A stretch of 47,694 bases of DNA from a virus (lineage: Duplodnaviria; Caudoviricetes): positions 1 through 47,694 of IMG/VR virus record IMGVR_UViG_3300027804_000088; one strand, given 5' to 3'. The notes under the pieces are model-generated. The model searched no databases. It was not told the origin of the DNA and saw nothing but the letters and a program-made list of their open reading frames with translations. Shown here piece by piece: positions 35,782 through 43,550 of this stretch. Made by a program: the position numbers and the translations under genes. Every line of letters starts with the position of its first letter. Positions within the stretch are counted from its first letter, which is position 1.

Positions 35782-36775
35782 ACTTAGTTGGTGATTGCTA
35801 GTGCAATGTCACCTTCAACATTTGTACGATCAACTTTTACTTTGGGAGTTGATGGATTGTCTGTTGAATCTGTTGTTGCTGATTGATGTTGCATACTTTC
35901 TAAGTTATCGATTGACTCAGTGTTACCTGAGTTTTCTCGTTTAGCGATGATTTGCTGATTGCGTTTTCTTAAATCAGCTAACTCATCAACGAGGTCAACC
36001 AATTCTTTCGCAAGAGGTGAACGGAAGCGACGCATAACTCGCTCAACTTCTTCTAAGTTTTGCAAAGCAAGGAACAAGCGAAGACCTGAGTTAGCAGACT
36101 TCATAAGTTCGTTGTATTTGTTAAAATCAAATTTGGACTGTGCCATAATAATGCTCCTAATTAAGGTTATAAATAATTATCTCTTTCGAGACAATTACTG
36201 TGCAATCACTGATTATTTGAGCATGTTACATAGCAGGCTGCTTGTGATTAGCGCTCCCGCAGGGGCGATAAGCACATTGCAGATGCTTCTGTAATAGGAT
36301 CAAATGATTTGTGATTCACTTTGTAATTGCCGAAAGAGGATTATTTATTAATCCTTAATTCGCTTAGGAGTATTATGGTACAGACAAATGAAACTGATTT
36401 TAATAAATGCAATGACTTAATCGAAGGATGCTGGCTCTGGGATTCACATATTGTTTCGTTTTGCACAAACTCCAAGGTTTGTTGTTGAGCGTGGGCGGAG
36501 ATGACGGACACATCGTAAGCGATGGTATTTGAATTGGTTAAGTTGATGAGTTTATCCTTATGTTGATTAAGAAAACCAGTCTGTAAAGATGAGCTAAAGG
36601 ATAATAATTAAGGTGAGCTAAGTTATTGATAGATTAGAGTGTAGATATACACAATAGAATTACTTGAACTATGGTGATAGATTAGGAATGATTGTTAATA
36701 TATTGTGTGTATATTGATTGATTATATATTACATGTAATAACATTGTGTGTTAATGTTAGGTTACATTGTTGAGT
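35782..36775 (+). repeat. About 1 kb imperfect inverted repeat (fold-back) centred at 36260
   Basis: Colinear paired blocks, e.g. 36181-36188/36331-36338, 36112-36129/36395-36412, 35980-35990/36542-36552 and 35964-35978/36562-36575. The outer limits are approximate. Confidence 0.85.
35784..36146 (-). CDS. Hypothetical helical early protein (120 aa)
   Basis: AGGAG RBS and its own terminator. It forms the left arm of the giant inverted repeat. Confidence 0.75.
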   Translation of the reverse strand: MAQSKFDFNKYNELMKSANSGLRLFLALQNLEEVERVMRRFRSPLAKELVDLVDELADLRKRNQQIIAKRENSGNTESIDNLESMQHQSATTDSTDNPSTPKVKVDRTNVEGDIALAITN

Positions 36776-37001
36776 GTAGGATGATGGGTAATCTAGGTGT
36801 ATACCCAGGGGGGGAAATAAATTAATTATATATTATTTTACTACCCAGTAAACTAGATTTTATAAGAAATTATCAATTAGGTCTAGTACAGGTTTAGAAT
36901 ATGGGCACCACTAACGTGGGCTATTGAACTATGGTCCTCGTCTTAACTAAGTTCGTATTCTTAGACTTCGGACTTACGTCCTCAGTCAACTAGGTACCCT
37001 C

Positions 37002-37103
37002 TATTATATTATTATAATATTATTATATTACTATTATTATATTATATTATAAATATATAAATATAATTATAATATAATTATTATTATATAATTATAATTA
37101 TTA
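37002..37103. other. Almost pure A/T tract (possible origin or unwinding element)
   Basis: 102 bp containing a single C (37031) and no G. Confidence 0.6.
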
Positions 37104-37104
37104 G

Positions 37105-37133
37105 ATTTTAACAGAACTTTAATCACTTGTCAA
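37105..37133 (-). promoter_or_regulatory. Leftward sigma70 promoter TTGACA-17-TAAAAT with extended -10
   Basis: TGTCAA at 37128-37133 and ATTTTA at 37105-37110 on the + strand. Confidence 0.7.
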
Positions 37134-37170
37134 GAAAAATATAAAATATTACGGACAAGGGCTTAATAGC

Positions 37171-37201
37171 TATTGACAAACGTTAAAAGTTATGGTATAC
37201 T
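37171..37201 (+). promoter_or_regulatory. Rightward sigma70 promoter TTGACA-17-TATACT with extended -10
   Basis: TTGACA at 37173-37178 and TATACT at 37196-37201, upstream of the packaging genes. Confidence 0.8.
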
Positions 37202-37227
37202 ATTACCATACGAGTGAAAGTTTATTT

Positions 37228-37887
37228 ATGATTCGAGAAAACCTCCCAGAAGATACCAATCCAGACAAGCTCTCTGGCTATAAGCTAGATGACAAAGAGA
37301 TTATCTTAAGCAAGAAACGTGGTCCTGGTTTTAAATTTAATAACCCTAGTTACTTTAACCTTGAACAGAAGACAGACGCTTGCGCTCTGTATTGTGTTTA
37401 TGGTGATGTAGACCAAGTCAGTGAAATGACTGGTATAGATCCCAAGTTCTTACGTCAGTGGAAAGACGAACCTTGGTGGTCTGAAATCCAAAAGAAGGTG
37501 TTTGTAGAACAAAATGAGAAACTGGCTTCTAGAATTTCTGGTGTCCTTGACCGTAGTCTTGATCATCTTGTCGATAGACTCGATAACGGAGATTATCTTT
37601 GGGATGTTAGGAAATCTAAACTAGTCCGCAAGCCTGTAGACACAAAAGTTCTTTCAAACTTGTTTAACAATTTAATCACACGTAGGCAATTGATACGTGG
37701 AGAACCAACAAGCATTACAACACAGGTAGCAGTAGATGATCGTCTTAAACTACTGGCTGCTCAATTTCAAAAGTTCGCACTAGCGAAAGAAATCGAAGGG
37801 GAAACTTATAATGAAGAAATCAGCACCAATGAAGAAACCAATGAAAAAGATGCCAATGAAAAAGGGCAAATGCTAAATGAGTCATAA
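37228..37887 (+). CDS. Putative terminase small subunit (HTH)
   Basis: HTH-like VDQVSEMTGIDPKFLRQWK..WW and first gene of the late arm. Start moved downstream of the promoter. Confidence 0.6.
   Translation: MIRENLPEDTNPDKLSGYKLDDKEIILSKKRGPGFKFNNPSYFNLEQKTDACALYCVYGDVDQVSEMTGIDPKFLRQWKDEPWWSEIQKKVFVEQNEKLASRISGVLDRSLDHLVDRLDNGDYLWDVRKSKLVRKPVDTKVLSNLFNNLITRRQLIRGEPTSITTQVAVDDRLKLLAAQFQKFALAKEIEGETYNEEISTNEETNEKDANEKGQMLNES
37811..37876 (+). CDS. Putative 21-aa basic micropeptide MKKSAPMKKPMKKMPMKKGKC
   Basis: Overlaps the terS tail in another frame. Its stop abuts the next ATG at 37877. Confidence 0.5.
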   Translation: MKKSAPMKKPMKKMPMKKGKC

Positions 37888-38029
37888 ACCTGGACTTTAT
37901 GCCAACATCCATTCTAAAAAAGCAAGGATCAAGGCTGGCTCTGGTGAAAAGATGCGTAAGGTAGGGGCTAAAGGTGCTCCTACTGCAAAAGATTTTAAAC
38001 AAAGTGCTAAGACTGCTAAAAGGAAATAA
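37877..38029 (+). CDS. Small basic protein (50 aa, GLYANIH.K..RI.AGSGEKMRK.G.KGAPT)
   Basis: Recognisable Lys-rich phage family motif, not in the ORF track. Confidence 0.75.
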   Translation: MSHKPGLYANIHSKKARIKAGSGEKMRKVGAKGAPTAKDFKQSAKTAKRK

Positions 38030-38034
38030 CAAAC

Positions 38035-38217
38035 ATGGCAACTAAATCTAAAAATTGGATTGCTGATGCAATCAAAAAGCCTGGAGCACTTAAAAAGTCT
38101 ATGGGTGTTAAGAAGGGTGAGAAGATTCCTGCAGGTAAATTGGCAGCTGCTGCTAAAAAACCTGGTAAAATGGGTCAACGTGCTCGTCTTGCACAGACTT
38201 TAAAAGGTTTTAAATAA
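38035..38217 (+). CDS. Small basic protein (WI..AIKKPGAL...RARLA.TL)
   Basis: 60 aa, Lys-rich. Confidence 0.75.
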   Translation: MATKSKNWIADAIKKPGALKKSMGVKKGEKIPAGKLAAAAKKPGKMGQRARLAQTLKGFK

Positions 38218-38218
38218 A

Positions 38219-38482
38219 ATGGCTACCAAAAAGAAGGGCGTAAGCCTCTCTATTGGTCGTGGTGAGAAGCTTCCTGTATCAAAAGGTGCTGGACTTACGG
38301 CTAAAGGCCGTGCTAAGTACAATGCTGCTACAGGATCTAACCTAAAAGCCCCACAACCAGGGGGTGGTCCACGTAAAAGATCATTCTGTGCACGTATGTC
38401 TGGTATGCCAGGACCAATGAAAGACAGTAAAGGAAGACCTACTAGGAAAGCTGCTGCACTTGCTCGTTGGAAATGCAAGTAA
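38219..38482 (+). CDS. Small basic protein (GL..KGR..YN...GSNLKAP...R..SFCARM)
   Basis: 87 aa, Lys/Arg-rich. Confidence 0.75.
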   Translation: MATKKKGVSLSIGRGEKLPVSKGAGLTAKGRAKYNAATGSNLKAPQPGGGPRKRSFCARMSGMPGPMKDSKGRPTRKAAALARWKCK

Positions 38483-39250
38483 ATGGACAAGGACTATGTA
38501 GAGTTCTATCCTTCACAGGAATACATAGACAAAAACTGGGCACCTGTTAAGGTTCCCATTAATTCTTTTACTTCTCTAGCTAAGTCACAGGCTATTGCAG
38601 AGAAAAAAGGAATACTAGCACCAGAAACTACAAAGTACTACCTACCTTCCGCTTTAACAGAGGGAAGATGGGGTGATTACGGTGTAAATGAAGTAGCAGT
38701 CAATTATGGAACTGCTATGACTAAAGAGGCTAAGAGTACTTTAGATACTGCAGAAGATTATAAACGTCAACTTATGACTTTATTCCATAATCAAAATCAA
38801 ATCCCAAAAGGAGTTGATATAAGTAAGACAGTTGCTGCTATTAAAAAACAAAAACAACTGTATGAAGATTCATCTACAGATGATCAGTTATGGCAAGGTA
38901 ATGAAAGACAACAAAGACTAAGATCTGTTGCAGATTCACTAGGTATTGCTCATTTAACTAGACCTACAATTATGTTAGATGCTAAGTATGACATGTATAG
39001 ACCTGAAGAAGCTTCAACTATGTATGACAGAGCAGCACTTAAAACATTAGCTCTTGCTAACAAGTACCATGAGTCTGGTGGTAAAGCCTCTGGTCTTAAG
39101 CTTTGGGAAATGTATAACGGAGCAGGCCCTAAGGCCCGTGAGTATGTAAAGAAAATTAAACATACTGACGAGATGATGAGTCATCCTGCTAACAAAGATA
39201 TGTACAATGCATATCTAAAACTTGTAGAAGAACATAGAAAAGCTAAATAA
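38483..39250 (+). CDS. Hypothetical protein, possibly lysozyme-like fold
   Basis: 255 aa. ALTEGRWG and MYNGAG...EYVKKI resemble lytic transglycosylase motifs. Confidence 0.4.
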   Translation: MDKDYVEFYPSQEYIDKNWAPVKVPINSFTSLAKSQAIAEKKGILAPETTKYYLPSALTEGRWGDYGVNEVAVNYGTAMTKEAKSTLDTAEDYKRQLMTLFHNQNQIPKGVDISKTVAAIKKQKQLYEDSSTDDQLWQGNERQQRLRSVADSLGIAHLTRPTIMLDAKYDMYRPEEASTMYDRAALKTLALANKYHESGGKASGLKLWEMYNGAGPKAREYVKKIKHTDEMMSHPANKDMYNAYLKLVEEHRKAK

Positions 39251-39510
39251 TGCCAAGTTCACCAAATTATAAAAGAAACTACAAGGATGAATATAAAAAA
39301 CATCACGCTAGTTCTCAAGATAAGACCGATAGAGCTGCACGAAATAAAGCATCAAGGGCTAAGGGTCAACCAGGTAAAGATGTAGACCATAAGGTCCCTT
39401 TACGCAAAGGTGGAAGTAAGTCTTTAAGTAATACTAGAATTAAAAGTGTATCATCTAACAGATCAGCTAATGGTCATAAACCAGGCGAGAAACAGATTAA
39501 ACGTAAATGA
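39250..39510 (+). CDS. HNH endonuclease-like packaging-associated protein
   Basis: RAARN..R...GKDVDH..PL.KGG...SN.......NRS, directly upstream of terL. Confidence 0.75.
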   Translation: MPSSPNYKRNYKDEYKKHHASSQDKTDRAARNKASRAKGQPGKDVDHKVPLRKGGSKSLSNTRIKSVSSNRSANGHKPGEKQIKRK

Positions 39511-41018
39511 AATTAACCCCAGAGCTTATCCATGGATTTGCTGGGGCTTGTTTAGCAAAGAGATACGACGGTTCAACCCCTACTCCGCAATGCCATCTGG
39601 AGTGGTGGGATCTCTGTTGCAGCGACAATCCTCTTGTAGCAATCGCAGCCCCGCGGGCACACGGTAAATCAACTGCGATCACTCATGCCTACTTGCTCGC
39701 TGCTCTTTTATTTAGAGATAGAAAATTTGCTTTAATTGTATCAGATACTGAAAGTCAGGCAACTAACTTCCTCAGTGATCTTAAAGATGAGATGGTTAAC
39801 AATGAAGACTTGATTAACCTATTTGGTATTAAAGGTCTTGTTAAAGATTCACAGACTGACATCATTGTAGAGTTTACAGACGGTGAACAGTTTAGAGTTT
39901 TAGTACGTGGTGCAGAACAAAGGGTACGGGGACTCAAGTGGGATCAACGTCGACCTGATTTAATTATATGTGATGATCTTGAAGGCGATGAACAAGTACA
40001 ATCAAAAGACAGACGTGAAAAATTCAGAAGGTGGTTTTATGCTGCACTTCTTCCTTGTCGGTCTCAGCATGGTATTGTACGTGTTGTGGGAACTGTGTTA
40101 CATCTCGATTCCTTACTCAATCGTGTTATGCCTCCCGATTATGATGGCGATCATATTAAAGTTGAGCCATTAAAAACTTATTCAACACGTAAACGTGTAG
40201 AGTGGAGATCTGTAAGATACAGAGCTCACTCAGAAGATTACCAGCACATACTATGGGCTGACAGATATAATGCAGAGTTCTTTCAAACTAAGAAAGAAGA
40301 TTATACTAAACAGGGTATCCCTGAAGTATATGCACAAGAGTTTTTAAACTATCCAATTGATGAGTCAACAGCTTACTTTAAACGTACTGAGTTTATTGAG
40401 ATACCAAAGTTTACACTAGATGCAATCAAACACAAAGAAAAAAAACTTACTTACTACGCTGCAGTTGATTTTGCTATATCAACTAGAGAACGTAGCGATT
40501 ATACTGTCATTGCTATTGGCGGTATTGATTCCGATGGTATTATGAACATAATAGACATTCGAAGAGGAAGATGGGATTCCTTAGAGATTGTCGAAGAAAT
40601 GTTTGCAGTACAAAAGAAGTTTCAACCTCAATACTTTGTAACAGAAAGAGGAGCTATTGAAAAAGCTCTAGGTCCTATTCTAAGAAGAGAGCAGTTAGCT
40701 AGACAAGAATACATGAGTCTGTTTCCAATGACTCCTACAAAAGATAAACAAACTAGAGCACGATCATTCCAAGCTAGATTTAAAGCAGGAGGTGTTAAGT
40801 TTGATAAAAGTGCTCCTTGGTATCCAGATCTAGAAGAAGAGATGATTCGCTTTCCTAAAGCTAGAAATGATGACCAGGTAGATGCATTAAGTTGGTTAGG
40901 TCTTATTGTTGACCAAGTACAAGATGCTAATTCTCCTGAAGAAGAGGAAGAGTATGAATATCAAATGGCTAAGCGTGCTTCAACAAATGATGGACGTTCA
41001 CAAATAACAGGATACTAA
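39507..41018 (+). CDS. terL: Terminase large subunit
   Basis: APRAHGKST Walker A, ICDDLE Walker B, VGT, AVDFA, DYTVI and DDQVDAL. Confidence 0.95.
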   Translation: MKLTPELIHGFAGACLAKRYDGSTPTPQCHLEWWDLCCSDNPLVAIAAPRAHGKSTAITHAYLLAALLFRDRKFALIVSDTESQATNFLSDLKDEMVNNEDLINLFGIKGLVKDSQTDIIVEFTDGEQFRVLVRGAEQRVRGLKWDQRRPDLIICDDLEGDEQVQSKDRREKFRRWFYAALLPCRSQHGIVRVVGTVLHLDSLLNRVMPPDYDGDHIKVEPLKTYSTRKRVEWRSVRYRAHSEDYQHILWADRYNAEFFQTKKEDYTKQGIPEVYAQEFLNYPIDESTAYFKRTEFIEIPKFTLDAIKHKEKKLTYYAAVDFAISTRERSDYTVIAIGGIDSDGIMNIIDIRRGRWDSLEIVEEMFAVQKKFQPQYFVTERGAIEKALGPILRREQLARQEYMSLFPMTPTKDKQTRARSFQARFKAGGVKFDKSAPWYPDLEEEMIRFPKARNDDQVDALSWLGLIVDQVQDANSPEEEEEYEYQMAKRASTNDGRSQITGY

Positions 41019-43097
41019 ATGGAACTAGACGTAAAATTAAATATTAATAAGATTATTAATTCACCTAACATTGCTGATATGTTAGATGATAGAGACCTAA
41101 TTACTATTGGGTTTCGTGTAATTAATGAGTTTAATTTAGATAAAGAATCACGTAGTCAATGGGAAAAACGTGTAGAAAATGCTATGAAGCTAGCTCTTCA
41201 AGTAGCAGAAGCTAAATCATTCCCATGGACTAATGCATCTAATATTAAATTTCCATTAGTAACTATTGCAGCATTACAGTTTCATAGCAGAGCTTATCCT
41301 GCTTTAATTCCTAGTCAAGATCTAGTTAAAGTTGATTGTGATTATTCGTCTAGTTTAGATGAAAATCAAGTCAAACAATATGAAGATAAAAATAAACGTG
41401 TAGAAAAACACATGAGTTACCAATTACTCAAACAAGATGAGAATTGGGAAAGTGAAATGGATAAGGTTCTTATTACAGTACCTATCGTAGGTTGTGCATT
41501 TAAGAAAACTTACTGGGACTTTAATGAAGATCATCCTATTTCAGAAAACGTTTTAGCTAAAGACTTTGTTGTTTCATATTGGACAAAGAATTTAAAAGAT
41601 TGTAATCGTCAATCACATATTCTTTACTTATCAGCTAATGATGTTTTATCTAGACAACGTCGTGGTATTTGGTGTGAAGACTTTAAACTTAGACCTCAAC
41701 AAACTATTCAAGAGGATGATCTAAGTCAAGCTCAAGACCTTGCTCAAGGAGTTAACCAGCCTCAATCAGATCCTGGTACACCTTTTGAGTTTATTGAACA
41801 ACATCGTTGGGAAGATTTAGATGGTGATGGTTTTAAAGAGCCATACATCATTACAGTACATAAAGATACTCGTAAAGTAGTTCGTATTGTTGCAAACTAC
41901 TTTGAAACATCTATTAAACGTAATGGCAAAGGTGAGATCATAAATATCAGACCTGAGTCATACTTTACTAAATATTCATTTATTCCATCACCAGATGGTG
42001 GTTTCTATGATATTGGATTTGGTATTCTATTAGGACCTCTTAATGAATCTATCAATACAATTATTAACCAACTTGTTGATGCTGGCACTATGGCTAACAC
42101 TGCTGGCGGATTCCTCTCAAGGGGAATTAAAATTAGGGGAGGCAATTATAATTTTGCTCCTATGGAGTGGAAGCATGTTGATTCAACTGGTGAAGATTTA
42201 GCTAAAGGTATTTACCCATTACCTGTTCGTGAACCTTCACAAGTTCTTTACACATTATTAACAACACTTGTTAACTATGGTGAAAGAATTGTAGGCTCTA
42301 CAGACATTATGGTAGGTGAAAATGTAGGTCAAAATACTCCTGCAGAAACATCACGTACTATGGCAGAACAAGGTATGAAAGTATTTGCAGGTATCTTTAA
42401 ACGTATTTACAGATCTCTTAATGAAGAGTTACGTAAAGTATACCGTTTAAATCAACTTTACTTACCTGAAGAATTTAAATTTGGTGGTAATGCAGTTTTA
42501 CAAACAGACTATGATGGTTCATCTATTGATCTAAGACCATCTGCTGATCCACATATTGTATCTGACGTACAACGTATTATGCAAGCTGAGACATTAAAAC
42601 AAACAGCTCTTACAGTACCAGGATTTAATACATATAAAGTTATGCGTAGATATCTTGAAGCACTCAAGATACCTAACATTGAAGATGTTTTACCTGATCC
42701 TCAAGGTCCTAACGCTATCCAAAGCGGTCCAGATGTTAAGGTTCAAGTTGAGCAAATTAAAGCCCAAGAACGTAAACTTTCACTTGAAACTAAGTTTAAA
42801 CTTGGTGTCATGAAGTTACAACAAGAGGCTGAACTAAACAAGGCTAAGATTCTTAAGATGGAAGCTGACGCAGCCAAAGCTCTAGAAGAAGCTGGAGGTG
42901 TTAAAGCAGGTCATGACATCGCTATGCTACAAACTAAGTTAGGTGCTGCTAAAGCTCATCAAGAAGGTATCATGAAGTCTATTGAGTTAATGATGAAAGC
43001 AACCGAGGGAGCAGTAGAGTATGACAATAACGCAACAGGAATTCTTGGAATGGGTGGACAACCCAGTAACCAAGGCTCTGAAGAAAGCCCTACATAA
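41019..43097 (+). CDS. Portal protein
   Basis: 692 aa directly after terL, with G.AF.K.YWD and G...L.P....IN..INQ.VD motifs and a C-terminal coiled-coil barrel. Confidence 0.85.
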   Translation: MELDVKLNINKIINSPNIADMLDDRDLITIGFRVINEFNLDKESRSQWEKRVENAMKLALQVAEAKSFPWTNASNIKFPLVTIAALQFHSRAYPALIPSQDLVKVDCDYSSSLDENQVKQYEDKNKRVEKHMSYQLLKQDENWESEMDKVLITVPIVGCAFKKTYWDFNEDHPISENVLAKDFVVSYWTKNLKDCNRQSHILYLSANDVLSRQRRGIWCEDFKLRPQQTIQEDDLSQAQDLAQGVNQPQSDPGTPFEFIEQHRWEDLDGDGFKEPYIITVHKDTRKVVRIVANYFETSIKRNGKGEIINIRPESYFTKYSFIPSPDGGFYDIGFGILLGPLNESINTIINQLVDAGTMANTAGGFLSRGIKIRGGNYNFAPMEWKHVDSTGEDLAKGIYPLPVREPSQVLYTLLTTLVNYGERIVGSTDIMVGENVGQNTPAETSRTMAEQGMKVFAGIFKRIYRSLNEELRKVYRLNQLYLPEEFKFGGNAVLQTDYDGSSIDLRPSADPHIVSDVQRIMQAETLKQTALTVPGFNTYKVMRRYLEALKIPNIEDVLPDPQGPNAIQSGPDVKVQVEQIKAQERKLSLETKFKLGVMKLQQEAELNKAKILKMEADAAKALEEAGGVKAGHDIAMLQTKLGAAKAHQEGIMKSIELMMKATEGAVEYDNNATGILGMGGQPSNQGSEESPT

Positions 43098-43245
43098 CGA
43101 TAGGGAATACATGAAAGAGCAACTTATCAGAGGTTTGAGTTCTGATGAGAATGAAATAAGAGGTAGATGTAATGCAATATTAAATATCCTTAGTGTAACT
43201 TATGAGGATTTAGTAGAAGGAGCAAGAGAAGATGCAAAATACTAG
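43021..43245 (+). CDS. Small conserved head-region protein
   Basis: 74 aa, F.EW..NPVT pattern, between portal and GroES. Confidence 0.65.
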   Translation: MTITQQEFLEWVDNPVTKALKKALHNDREYMKEQLIRGLSSDENEIRGRCNAILNILSVTYEDLVEGAREDAKY

Positions 43246-43540
43246 TGGAATTCACCCAAAGGGTCACAGAGTTTTAATACTCCCAGATCCAGTGGAAGAA
43301 GTAACACAAAGCGGTATTATTTTGTCAGTCGGTGAAAACAGAGATAGGGAAAGACTAGCACAGCTAAAAGGTACTATTGTTGAAGTTGGCGATAGTGCAT
43401 GGTTAGACCAACCAAGCCCTTGGGCAAAAGAAGGTGACCATGTAATCTTTGGTAAGTACTCAGGCTTAATCTATGATGGAGCTGACGAAAAAGAATACCG
43501 AATCATAAACGATTTAGATGTTGTAGCAATAGTCGATTAA
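43232..43540 (+). CDS. groES: Co-chaperonin GroES (Cpn10)
   Basis: P.GHRVLI...EEVTQSGIIL, G.IVEVG, GD.V.FGKYSG and YRIIND.DVVA. Confidence 0.9.
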   Translation: MQNTSGIHPKGHRVLILPDPVEEVTQSGIILSVGENRDRERLAQLKGTIVEVGDSAWLDQPSPWAKEGDHVIFGKYSGLIYDGADEKEYRIINDLDVVAIVD

Positions 43541-43550
43541 AGGAAAATAA

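Noticed and set aside
36200-36320. Protelomerase (telRL) site of a linear plasmid prophage
   Set aside because: The palindrome is long and heavily mismatched rather than short and near-perfect, and no protelomerase or partition genes are present.
37002-37103. CRISPR array or tandem repeat
   Set aside because: It is low-complexity A/T sequence with no fixed repeat-spacer periodicity.
37192-37227. ORF-track start of the terS-like gene at 37192
   Set aside because: That ATG lies within the extended -10 of the rightward promoter, so the real start must be downstream.
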